Part shown: one piece after another, positions 11,500 to 23,425 of the stretch
Position numbering within the stretch: the first letter of the stretch is position 1
Layout of the letters: every line of letters starts with the position of its first letter
Source of the DNA: Octopus bimaculoides
Lineage: Eukaryota
Assembly (NCBI RefSeq): GCF_001194135.2
Contig: NC_068984.1
Location: 99,139,552-99,203,551, forward strand
Direction of reading: 5' to 3'
DNA: 64,000 nucleotides
Notes under the pieces: model-generated
Told to the model about the DNA's origin: nothing
Databases searched by the model: none
Seen by the model: the letters and a program-made list of their open reading frames with translations, nothing else
Translations under genes and position numbers: made by a program

Positions 11500-14400
11500 A
11501 CACCAGCAGGCAAAGCTTTGTACAGAGCCAAATTGAGGCTGATAAAAGAAGAAAGATGCATTGAAACTGGCAATTTGAGGAAATTCGTCTTTTTGTACAA
11601 GTATAGAACTTGGCCGACAGATCACCAGCAAATGACCTAATAGCAGAATCCCTGGATAGATATAATTTCTACAGGTCTATGGCTCAGATTGAGCAGAAGA
11701 AACAGGAGTTCATATGCTCCTATGATCTTATAAAGCCTCATCTTGACTACCTGTAGGGCATTATGAGGGAAACAGGTTGCAAAGAGAACAATGAAGACCC
11801 TGTGTGCTCTGCTCAAACCCAGGAAGGTCAAATGGACGACACAAAGAAGACAAATGCCACCAGTACTACAAACGGTGCTGAAAGATGCAATGGCTGTAGT
11901 AAATGCAGTCAAAATAGTACCACACTAAAAGACAGAGATATGGAAACAGCCAAAGCAGCCAGGAAAAACGTGAACACTTACAAGTCCAAAACCCAAGGTT
12001 GAACCTATACAAAGAAACAGATTATCTGTAAATTTTACATGAATGGCACCTACTGGCATGGAGAAAAGGGAGCAAACTTCAAATTTGCCCATCCCAAACG
12101 CTTTCAGATTAACAAGCAGGATAACCAACCATGACAAAAGAAACAGGAATGCAGAAAGGAGAAACCAAAAAACTCAGACCTACAAACCCATAATCCACCA
12201 ACAAGAACCAACAGGTCTCACAAGGAAAGGAGTTCACACATACCCTCTGTTCCCCACAAAAGGCAATATGCAGAAACTGTGTGAACTGCAGCTACTGAAC
12301 AAACTTTTTTAAGCATGGCCCAGAAAATAGTGCAGTAACTAACATGGCCACAAAGGATGCAGGATCAAAGCCATACAAACCAATACTTGAGACCACCACA
12401 GATGATGGATCCAGGACGGTCACCACTAACACCAGTAACTCCTGCACAGATATCACACCCATATTCCTACTGAATATCAGGGGCCTATTGTGTTAGGATA
12501 GCAGAGACAAATTTCTCTACCTGAAAGACCTTACTGCATGCAATCAAGCAATATGCATGGGACTTACAGAAACGCATCTAAAATCTAATATAGCCGATGC
12601 GGAAATATATATACTAGAGTATGCTGTACTTCAAACAGACAGAAGAGATAGAAGACATGGAGGAGTTGCCATGTACATCCATGAAGATGTCATACCCATA
12701 GTACTGTTGTCACATTCAAACTCAATCTGTGACACTTTAATAGTACACATAAAACAGTTGATTTAGTTGTATGCACAACGTACCATCCACCAAATACCTC
12801 AAAGCATGAGGGTAAATTTGAGGATAGTCTCAGATGCCTAGAGGAGGTTTTGACAAATCTGGACTAACAAATCAATATATTCCTCTTGGGTGACTTCAAC
12901 CTCCCAAATATCAAATGGCCTGAAGACCACATCCTCTCTGGGATGTCACTGCATGAACAAAACCAAGCAAAATCATTGCTGGAACTTTGTAGCATTCTGT
13001 TCATGGAACAAGTGATATTCCAACCAACCAGGGGAAGCAATATTTTGGATCTCTACTTCACAATGTGAACATTATCCACAATGTGAAGGTAACAACAACA
13101 TTTTGGGATCATAACATTATAGAATTAGCAATGTATGGTTCTAGGCAAACTGTTGACATCCACCCGATCAGAAGGACTCAAGCCATATCCAACCTAAATT
13201 TCCACAAAGCAAACTGGATGTAAATCTGCAAAGAGATCTACAATCACAACTGGCCCAATGCCCTATCTATACAAGACAATGACCTAAAAGTATGTCACTT
13301 TATGTCAACTGTGCAAAGTATATGCACCAAATATGTGCCAGAAAGAAAAGCCAGCATACATATAAAAAGAATCCCCAGAGACAGGAAAATCCTTATGAGA
13401 CACAGAACAAAAGGTCTCAAACCAATTGAAAAGAGAAGTGAAGGATAGTAAAAAGGCCAAATTAAGACAGACAGTGCTAGAAATTGAAAACAAAATTAAA
13501 CTCTCCCATGAAAAGGAAAGAGCAGAGAAGAAGAGTGCTATAGAAAGCATAAAACAAACCCCAAAGCTTTCTATAAATTTGCAAAGGATACCACCACATT
13601 ACAGTACAAAATAGGACCGCTGCTCCAATTAAATGGCTCACTGACTAGATCCCAGAAGGATAAGTAAAGTGCTCAGTGTACAATTTAAAAGTGTCTTCAC
13701 TTCTCCACTGAGTCACATGCAAATAAAAAAAAACAGCTGATTTCTTTGATTAGATAACCCTGCAGAAAAAGGTAGTAGTCATTACCTACATTGACACTGA
13801 AGAGGAAGATGTAATAGTGGCCATTGACGAAATGAGCTCAAACTCAGCAACCGGCCCCGATAGTTTCCCAGCTATTCTCTTAAAGTTATGTAAACAAGAA
13901 TTAGCGGGACCACTTTGGATACTCTTCCAGAGTTTCCTTGCAAGTGGTAAACTTCCCAAAAAGCTAAAAGAAGGCATCATATGCCCTATCCATAAAGGTG
14001 GAAGCAGAGCAGAGGCCAAAAACTACAGACCCATCTCTCTGATTTCACATATCAGCAAAGTCATGGAGCGAATAATCAGAAAGAAACTGATTACATTCCT
14101 AGAAGAAAATGACTTCCTGAACGATACTCAGCATGGCTTCTGTCCAGGCAGAAGCTGCCGCACACAACTCTTATGGCATTATGACTGGGCCCTGAAGCAG
14201 CTGTTCAACCATTCAAATGTTCATGTGATATATCTTGACTTTGCAAAGGCCTTCGACAAAGTTGATCATTGCATGATATGTCACAAGTTGTGAAACCTTG
14301 GTATAGCTGGTAAACCAGGAGAGTGGCTGCCTGACTTCCTAAACAATAGAAGTCAGACAGTTGCAGGCAATTGTGCACTCTCTAGGGAAACAAATTTCAA

Positions 14401-15521
14401 GCGGTGTCTCTCAGGGAACTGTCTTAGGGCCATTACTCTTTAAAGTAGCCCTCTTAGACATGTCTACAGTCACTCAGACAGCCACTGTCACTAGCTACGC
14501 TGATGATACAAAGCAATAAAGTATCCTAATGATGTTGTAAACCTGCAGAATGACCTAAATGCAATATATAAGTGGCCAGAGCAAAACAATATGCAATTTA
14601 ATGCTGAAAAATTTCAAGCACTGTGCTATAAGATCACAAATGCTCCACAAATGGCATTTACAGGACCCGGAGGTACTGCAATCCCAGAGTCACAAACAGC
14701 GAGAGACCTGGGTATCAGTATGTGTAATGATGCATCATTTCACATGCACATTACCAAGTTGGCAGCAAAGTGCAGACAACTGGTGGGATGGATACTAAGA
14801 ACATTCAGGACAGAGATCAAGAAGTCATGTTTACTCTATGAAGACCTTTGTCCTCAGCCGAGACTACTGCTCTCAGCTTTGATCACCACACAGTGTCAAG
14901 CTAACAACAGAGCTTGAAGCAATCTAGCATTACTACACTAAAAGATTGCTACAATCCAACAGATGAACTACAGGGAGAGGCTGAAAGAACTACAACTCTA
15001 CTCCCTAGAGCACAGACGTGAGAGATATGTAATAATTTACATGTGGAAAATACGGAAGGTCTAGTACCTAATTTCGGTATCAAGTGTTACATGAATGCTC
15101 ATACTGGACACCACTGCATAGTATCGAAGGTTCCGTCCAATGCATCTAATATAAGAACCAGATACTGCAATGGCCTAGGGTTCAGAGGCCCATAGCTCTT
15201 CAATGCTCTGCCAAAACAATAGAGAAACTTACATGATATAGATGTGAAAGTCTTCAAAAAGAAACTGGACACTCTCCTATCCATTATATCAGATGAACCA
15301 ATGGCTCGACATGAGGCACAGTTGAGGGTAGCAGTGTCAAATTCCCTCATACACCAGATGGGCCATCACCAATTTTGACAGGATCACCTAAACTGGAGGA
15401 GAGAAACCACAGAAGGATTGTAGAGAGGGTACAAAAGTAAAGAGTGAAAAAGTCATAGTGGTGCTCCAGTATGACCACAGCCACCTGGTTAAAACACATA
15501 AAGGAATAAAATAATAAAAGA

Positions 15522-15523
<2 letters not shown>
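11500..15523 (+). mobile_element. CR1-group LINE, near full length, degenerate (ORF1 + APE-RT ORF2 + 3' tail)
   Basis: APE motifs LNIRGL, GLTETHL, GGVAMY, LGDFNLP, GSNILDL; RT motifs NYRPISL.S.ISKVMER, QHGF..GRSC, YLDFAKAFDKVDH, GTVLGPLLF, YADD 14496-14507; C-terminal SNSL; multiple stops/frameshifts; 5' boundary approximate. Confidence 0.9.
12420..15377 (+). pseudogene. LINE ORF2 (apurinic endonuclease + reverse transcriptase), disrupted
   Basis: ORF-track fragments 12557-12766, 12886-13068, 13817-14293 and 14591-14917 lie collinearly in the expected domain order. Confidence 0.88.
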
Positions 15524-15573
<50 letters not shown>

Positions 15574-15970
15574 CTCATATAACATGTACATTGTACAAAA
15601 ATAACCTGCAAACATCCTGCAAATTCTGATAGTCAATAAAATAGAAATAAGTTTAAGAATTCTTTCTCTCTCTGTGGCCCATTACCAAATAATCCACAGC
15701 CTGGTACTGGTTGGTACCCCTGTGGTTGGGGGACCCCTGTTCTATAGAGTTCTATAGTGTCTGTACAGGAGTGTATAGTGTCTATTGTCTACATGTCAAC
15801 TGACTGTAGTGTATTCCTCTACATAGCAATATAGCATATAATAGCATTTCACACCTGAGGTGTCATGGAACCCTAAGGTTTGGGAAAAGGCTGCTTGGGG
15901 TTCATTGAGAAGTAGTGATAAATAAGTAAATGCATTTTGAGACATTTTCATGCTTAATTCTGTAGTTGTA

Positions 15971-16202
15971 GTAAGGCGGTAAGCTGGCAGAATCATTAGC
16001 ACACTGGGAAAAATGCTTAGAGGCATTTTGTCCATCTTTATGATCTGAGTTCAAATTCCACCAAGGTTAACTTTATCTGTCATCCTTTTTTGGGGTGGGA
16101 GGGGGGGGGTCAATAAAATAGTCCCAGTTGAGCACTGGGGTCAATGTAATTGACTTGCCCTCTCCTCTGAAATTGCTGGCCTTGTACCAAAATTTGAAAT
16201 TA
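15971..16202 (+). mobile_element. SINE family C
   Basis: gtaaggcggtaagctggcagaatcattagcac...ctgagttcaaattcc...gttgagcactggggtc...ggccttgtacc. Confidence 0.85.
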
Positions 16203-16719
16203 ATTCCATCTTTGTAGAGTTTGACATGAACAGCATATCCTCTAAAATAGGGAAATCCTACATCCTGTATGTTGTAGGAGGATCTTATTGGAAAAATGAC
16301 CTTTTAATAAGGAATTGTAGGGAAATATGATCTAAATAAAGTGGTTAGGATAAAATTTCTTTAACATCCTTTATGGTGAGTAATTGTGTTTAGTACTGGC
16401 AAAACTTTCAAAGACAGTTTTATGATTTGTTTAGTCACTTAAGAAAATTAATTTTATTGAAAAGAAAGTGAAAAATTATGAAGATATATGGCTATATCAT
16501 ATTAAAAGTTAAGCCATGTAAAGTTTAGTTGGTACTTTGATTGGTGACTGCTTGAGAAATCTAAGTGCTGAAAACATCTCATAATTTTTCAAGGTGGTTC
16601 CCCAGAGAGGCTGCAATCCAATGATTGAAACAAGTAAAAAATACAGACATTATAATTCTAATGAGATGTGAAATTTATTGGAAAGTTTCACACAAATAAA
16701 GAGAGTAAGAAATGCTGTC

Positions 16720-17365
16720 TTATACTGTCTTTCTATAGACACACAGGTCTATAGAATCTTTTATAGTGTACTGCAGATGTTCTAGAAAGTGCTATAGAAA
16801 TTCTAAATAGTTTTCTATAGTTTTATATAAGCTTCTACACATTTCTATAATGTATTCTGTACACTTTGTCTCCTATATACTTCTATAGTACCTTCTAAGC
16901 ATTTTTAATGTTTTCTATATCCTTTTTCATTATCTTCTATACATTTCTACTGTCTTTTATACATTTCTACATTATCTACTACACTGTTCTACAGTGTCTT
17001 CTAGACAACTTCTACAGTGTCTTCCAAGTATTTCTTCAGTGTTTTCTTTACACTTCTACATTATCTTCTACACACTTCTACATTACCTTCTACACACTTC
17101 TACATTATCTTCTATACACTTCCACCATGTTTTCTAGACACTTCTACATTATCTTCTACACACTTCTACATTACCTTCTACACACTTGTACATTATCTTC
17201 TATACACTTCCACCTTGTTTTCTAGACACTTCTACATTATCTTCTACACACTTCTACATTACCTTCTACACACTTCTACATTATCTTCTATACACTTCCA
17301 CCATGTTTTCTGGACACTTCTACATTATCTTCTATACACTTCTACATTACCTTCTACACACTTGT
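16720..17365. repeat. CTTCTACA-based satellite; 22-bp monomers in an 88-bp higher-order repeat, cut by a gap
   Basis: ttccacc marker at 17120, 17208, 17296 (period 88); monomer cacttctacattatcttctaca; degenerate versions extend left. Confidence 0.88.
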
Positions 17366-17877
17366 NNNNNNNNNNNNNNNNNNNNNNNNNNNNNNNNNNN
17401 NNNNNNNNNNNNNNNNNNNNNNNNNNNNNNNNNNNNNNNNNNNNNNNNNNNNNNNNNNNNNNNNNNNNNNNNNNNNNNNNNNNNNNNNNNNNNNNNNNNN
17501 NNNNNNNNNNNNNNNNNNNNNNNNNNNNNNNNNNNNNNNNNNNNNNNNNNNNNNNNNNNNNNNNNNNNNNNNNNNNNNNNNNNNNNNNNNNNNNNNNNNN
17601 NNNNNNNNNNNNNNNNNNNNNNNNNNNNNNNNNNNNNNNNNNNNNNNNNNNNNNNNNNNNNNNNNNNNNNNNNNNNNNNNNNNNNNNNNNNNNNNNNNNN
17701 NNNNNNNNNNNNNNNNNNNNNNNNNNNNNNNNNNNNNNNNNNNNNNNNNNNNNNNNNNNNNNNNNNNNNNNNNNNNNNNNNNNNNNNNNNNNNNNNNNNN
17801 NNNNNNNNNNNNNNNNNNNNNNNNNNNNNNNNNNNNNNNNNNNNNNNNNNNNNNNNNNNNNNNNNNNNNNNNNNNNN
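17366..17877. other. Assembly gap (N). Other gaps: 22768-22777, 23793-23895, 25191-25351, 36320-36871, 44894-45761, 54992-55210
   Basis: Runs of n; nearly all are flanked by microsatellite or satellite DNA. Confidence 0.99.
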
Positions 17878-18089
17878 ATGTGTTTTTGTTATTAATGTTG
17901 TTGTTGTCACTGATGTAGTTGTTGAAACTCAGGATGTAGTTGATTTCATTAATGCTGTTAGTGTTGTTCACTGATTCTAGTTCTATTCCCTGTTGTGCTC
18001 ACTTTCACATAAAATATGTTTGAAATAATAAATTTCATTGACAATTGTTTACTATTGGTGGAGCTGGTGGGGTGAAGGAGGATATTTGT

Positions 18090-18330
18090 GATGATGATGG
18101 TGATGATGATGATATTACTATAAACAATGATGATAGTGATGACGATGGTAATGATCATGATTACTATGAAAGTAAATGATGATGATGATGATGATGATGA
18201 CGATGATGACGATGACGATGACAACAACAACAATGATGATGATGACAATGATGACAATAATGACGATGACGACGATGATAATGATGATGATGACGACAAT
18301 GATGATAATACTGCAGAAGATGAAGACATA
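18090..18330. repeat. (GAT/GAC/AAC)n microsatellite complex
   Basis: Directly visible. Confidence 0.9.
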
Positions 18331-19734
18331 AAAAGTTGTAACCAAATACCGTTTTGTCTGGCATTTTATCAACTACATCAAGTATAAAATGAGGAGGGGT
18401 GGATTATAGCAATGACAATAAAGAAATAACAAGAAACAATTTTTAAATGGAGTTAGTGCACATTATATGGAATAATTTAGTGTACTTCATGTTAAACCCA
18501 GGATTACCCTTGGCAATCCAAAGTCAGTGACCATGCCCTACAGCTATATAGAAGAGGTAGACTAGGTTGTTGACAGTTAAGTATCAGGGTTATGGACACA
18601 GTACAGTGGTAAGACTTGGTCCTTAAAAGGTGTTTTGGTTTTGGGTACAGTAAAGTGTACTGTATCACATTGTTGTATCAACTTACAACAGGATGGCAGA
18701 TTGTTATGTGTGTTGGTTATGGACAGAATACAGCAAATTATATCACACTGTGATACCTACATATAGTGTGATAAGCTCTATACTGTTACCATAACGAATA
18801 CACTTAACTGTTAGCAGCCCAGTCTACCTAAATGTATGTAGGTACCACTTTCTGTTGACAATTCAGATCTACCCTCTGACAGTTGTGTCAGCATTGTGAA
18901 GTGATAAGACACTAGTCAGTTTTAGAGGGCTACCAATGTTTACTGTGATCTACTATTCCGATATAAGCTTCTTTCTCATGGCTAAATAAACTGAGCTAAT
19001 AAGAGAGGTAAGATCTGTGGCTGAAATGTAAGGGTTGTAGCCAAGATGTAAGAGTTGTGGCCCTTAGTCTAAAGGTGACAAACTGGCAGACTTGTTAGAG
19101 CATTGAACAAAATGCTTTGTAGTATATGTTCCAACTCTCTACACTTTGCTTTGCATCCTTTTTGTACAACAATGGACTGATTGAACTGTTAAAATGTCAG
19201 ACAGGATGCCTTGTAGACTTGTTTCAGTGCTTTGTACTCTGAATTTCAAATCCTGCCATGTCCTACATAAGTGGTAGATTTTATTGATTGCCAACGTGTT
19301 GGGTGCCTTGAGTCAGGTTTCAGCTTTTAAGATAATTCCCCACCCCACCAATCTCAGATTTCTTATAAAAGGATCATGAGCACTGCCTTCCCACTAGATT
19401 AAAAATTTACAAAATGTGTGATGTTACATGGTTGTGAGTCTGGAGTTTTGAATGAGGAAGGGATAGGTAAAACATGGAGAGAAATGGGGTGACTGCATTC
19501 TGTTGGATGTTTCAGATTAACCTACATGGAAGGTGGAATACATGTTAGCTGAGAGAAACAGAGAGAGAGAGAGAGAGAGAGAATAGTAAAGACATGAAAT
19601 GAAGGTTTGCAGAAGAGAAGATTGAGTCTAGTATGTATAAATGTATAAGGATCTTCTTTGGTTATGAATAACCATAGGATTGTACCTAGAAAGCTACCCT
19701 CTGAAGAACAAGTCTGGGCAAGGATGTTTATGGA

Positions 19735-19960
19735 AAACCAGCAGTCCCCCATGCAAACCAGCCTCTCCTCTCCATGCCACTGATGTTATTCAAGGGAAAG
19801 ACAAAGGCCTAGTGATGTCACAACTCATTTCTACAGATGCGTGAATTGGAGCAACATGAGATAAAGTGTCTTGCTCAAGAACACAACACAGACTGGTCTG
19901 GGAATCGAACTCACTACCTCATGATTGTGAGCCCAATGCTCTAACCACTGAGCCATGCAC
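19735..19960 (-). mobile_element. SINE family B (CORE-like)
   Basis: Reverse complement of the 1284-1600 element: ...aagtgtcttgctcaagaacacaac...atcgaactcactacctcatgattgtgagccc...ctaaccactgagccatgcac. Confidence 0.85.
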
Positions 19961-19999
19961 CTTACAATATGAATGGAATACCCAGCTAAATGTGTTGAT

Positions 20000-20315
20000 A
20001 CGTGGTGTTGGTGATGGTGGTGATGGTGATGGTGGTGATGGTGATGGTAGTGATGGCAGTGGTGCTGATGGCAGTAGTAACTGCTGATGAAGATGAAATG
20101 ATGATGATGATGATAAGAAGCCAGAACGTTTCTAGGCATGATATTTTTAAAATGCTTATTTTACACATTTTGAAAACACAAAAATTGTATTGTAATATTG
20201 GTGCCAACTGCATAGAATATGAATTGTGTGAGTTACACTGCTGCTGCTGTTGTTGTTGTTGTTGTATCATCATCATCACCATCATCATTATCACCATCAT
20301 CTTCAACACCATCAC

Positions 20316-20389
<74 letters not shown>

Positions 20390-20425
20390 TTATTATTATT
20401 ATTATTTTTATTTTTATTATTATTG
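20000..20425. repeat. Compound (GGT/GAT)n, (TGC/TGT)n, (CAT)n, (ATT)n microsatellites
   Basis: Directly visible. Confidence 0.9.
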
Positions 20426-20759
20426 AGGCTATTATGGAAGTTCTGTCATAGTTATTGTGCACATAATTCATCATATGCTGCATTCTTAATAGGATTTTGG
20501 TGTGCACGTGAAATTAATTTCATTGCAAATAATCTCTTCCAATAGAAATTTCCCAACATGTGAGATTTAATTAACGGTAAATTCTATAACTTATCCAGTT
20601 TTATAGATGGGTAGATTGCAGAATCAGTAGAACAGCAGACAAAATAACTTGTGGCTATTTTAGCTACATCTCTTTTTTGAATTTCGGAGTTCAAATCCTA
20701 CCCACATTTATATTGTCTTTTATCCTTTTGAAGCCAATAAAATAAATACTAATATTAAT

Positions 20760-20975
20760 ATTGCTTTCAAATTTTGGCACAAGGCCAGCAATTTCAGGGG
20801 AGAGGGAAAGTCAATTACATTGATCCCAATGTTCAACTGGTTCTTATTTCATTGACTCAGAAAGGATGAAAGGCAATGATGACCTCAGCAGAATGTGAAC
20901 TCAGAACATGAAGACGGACAAAATGCTATTAAGCATTTTATCTGGTGTGCTAATAATTATGCCAATTCACTGCTG
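20760..20975 (-). mobile_element. SINE family C
   Basis: tttcaaattttggcacaaggccagcaatt...gaaaggatgaaaggcaatgatgacctcagcagaatgtgaactcagaac. Confidence 0.85.
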
Positions 20976-21172
20976 TAAGTACTGATACAATATTAATTAA
21001 TATAATTAATTTCCCTTTATGGATTTAGCTATAAAGAGTCTAATTTCATCTAATCTAATGTTTATCAAAATTTTGACCATTGTACTGTATCATATACTAC
21101 AAACATTTATCTCCCTTTCTCTCTTTCTCTTTCTGTCTCTCTCTCTTTCTTTCTCCCCTCCCCCTCCACATA

Positions 21173-22677
21173 CCGGGTGTAACAGCAAAATTGTCACACT
21201 CACAAATTCTTAAAACTTCTTGAAACAAATAAACTAACTGATTTGTAATTTTCCATGTTTTCCAGATAAGACATCTGGCCACACTGGCACCAGTTTTTGT
21301 AAGAATCGGTGAAATATCCATTGAGATAATTAGCTAGAAAGAGAACAGGCTGAAATCGTTTTGTGCCAGCTTCACACTGTCTCCCAACTGAGCAATGTTG
21401 AGAGGGCTAAGATCATCCAGGCCTTCAGTAATAGTACCAACATTCATTCTCTAGCTTCCATCTTCAAAGTCCAGTCAAGAACCATGAAGAGAATTGTGAA
21501 TAAGTTTGAGAAAGAGAGAATAAAGGAGAGGAAAACTGGATCAGGAGGTTGTAACTGCAAGAGGGGTCATTATTTCAATCTGGAGCTGAAAAGATCAGTC
21601 AGAAAAGATTCAACTGAATGCATAAGATGCTTGGCATGTGAGAGTAGCACTTCAGCTATGACAGTTCAAAGAGCAGTGACAGAAGATTGTCTTGAACAAA
21701 GTGAAACATGATCTTGGAGTGACCTTTTACACAGATGAGAATTTCACCAAAGATATGCACACAAACAGATGCAATAGTCACATTCTGACTTCAGCTCCTC
21801 ATGAGAGAGCCAAAAATGTCATTTTCAGGTGCAAAAGCTCTGCTATGGTGATGATTTTCACCTGTGTGGCCTGTGATGGCAAAAAGATGTCATTGATTAT
21901 TTTTGGGAAGGTTGAAAGATTGACAGAAGTTTGTTATGTTCAGGTTTTGAAAGATGTAAAGACCTGAATTCTTTCTGAATATCCTGAGGCAGAGATGAGG
22001 GAAGCCCCAACATGATCACTAAGAACTTCAAGTTTACATTCCAGCAAGATAGAGCTCCTTGTCACACAAGTACAGTGGCTCAAAAATTCTCAAGGATGAG
22101 TTTGGGAACAGGTCTGAGAATAAGGACACTTGGTCCCCTTCATCACCTGATTTGAACCCTTTAGACTTCAGGATCTGGAATGAACTGGTCAGAAAAGCTT
22201 GTGAGAAGCCCCACAGTAACCTGCAAGCATTCAAAAACTCCATTCTAAAGACGTAGGAAGAAGATATTGATGAGGAATTCATTAAGAAAGCTTGTGGTGC
22301 ACTGAGGAAGATGGCTGAGGAAGTCATTGCCAAAAGAAGAGCAACTCTTGATGCCTAACAAGCAGAATTTCAGCCAGGATTGTCTCTGATGCTTTGAAAA
22401 AAAAAAAAACTTTAAGCTTCTATATGAACTTTATTCCAATCCTTTATGAGCTCTCAATCCTGAACTATGGTTAATTATTTATGAAAATGTCATTTTTATC
22501 TATGATCAACTTTATCACAATTCTCTGGTAAGCTTGGTGAGTAATCAACATTTGTTCATGCTCAAAGAAGAGTCCAGTAGTGTTGGAAAAACTTCTGATA
22601 ATTCCATTAAGTTACAAAAGTGATACAAAGGTGCAAAACTGAATCTAAAATTTAGACACTTTTGCTGATACACCCGG
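21173..22677 (+). mobile_element. Tc1/mariner superfamily transposon, maT-like (DD37D), degenerate full length
   Basis: TIRs ccgggtgtaacagcaaaattgtc / gacacttttgctgatacacccgg, TA on both sides; FYTDE, FQQDRAPCHT and WSPSSPDLNPLDF motifs; second-to-third D spacing 37 codons + 2 nt (frameshift). Confidence 0.85.
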
Positions 22678-22713
22678 TATATATACATACATACATATAT
22701 ATGAGTGTGTGTA

Positions 22714-22767
<54 letters not shown>

Positions 22768-22777
22768 NNNNNNNNNN

Positions 22778-22831
<54 letters not shown>

Positions 22832-23048
22832 GTTATAAAAGGTAATGGTGTCAATAAGACCCAAAGGTGTCAGGTAATGCTGAGTAAGTGTTATAGACAG
22901 ACTATAGTTAAGCTCCAGGCTTGGTGATTATGCAAATGAGGAGTCCAACGTAGGTCATATATCAGCATGTGTATATATATTAAAAAAATTTCAGAATGAG
23001 ATAATAATCCAAGGCTGTGAAAGATTTTAGAACATTTATAAATAAAAT

Positions 23049-23095
23049 GTCTTACAGCTGTTTCCAGGATATTTTGTATACCCCTTTATTGGACG
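23049..23095 (-). ncRNA. Degenerate hammerhead motif (left arm)
   Basis: RC: gtc caataa a ggggtat acaaa atatcct g gaaa cagctg ta agac; core mutated. Confidence 0.5.
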
Positions 23096-23377
23096 GTGTG
23101 AGAAAATGGTTGAGCAATAGTTGTTCTAGATAAGATATGAAATAGAGAGTGAAGTGGAGGAATGAAAGCAGATATGAGATATGCAGGGATATTGCATCTG
23201 CAGATCCATTATTTAAGTAGAATGGTATACATATAAGATTCCAGTACCATTCTACCTAAATAATGGATCTGCAAATGCAATATCCCTGCATATCTCATAT
23301 CTGCTTTCATTCCTCCACTTCACTCTCTATTTCATATCTTATCTAGAATAACTATTGCTTAACCATTTTCTCACACC

Positions 23378-23425
23378 TTCTCCGATGAAGGGATATATAA
23401 AATATCCTGGAAACAGCTGTAAGAC
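23378..23425 (+). ncRNA. Minimal type-I hammerhead motif (right arm)
   Basis: tct CCGATGA a GGGATAT ataaa ATATCCT g GAAA CAGCTG TA aga; palindromic stem III, GTA cleavage triplet 23419-21, U4C core variant. Confidence 0.65.

Noticed and set aside
13817-14293. Active LINE reverse transcriptase
   Set aside because: ORF2 is broken by many stops and frameshifts on both sides of this fragment
17017-17974. Long ORFs in the ORF track (also 36178-37015, 44849-45825, 54810-55282)
   Set aside because: Artefacts of N gaps plus satellite or microsatellite translation
18118-18387. Poly-Asp/His/Ile/Met ORFs (also 5780-6112, 19986-20545, 39835-40208, 52212-52503)
   Set aside because: Translations of (GAT)n/(CAT)n/(ATT)n microsatellites, open in many frames on both strands
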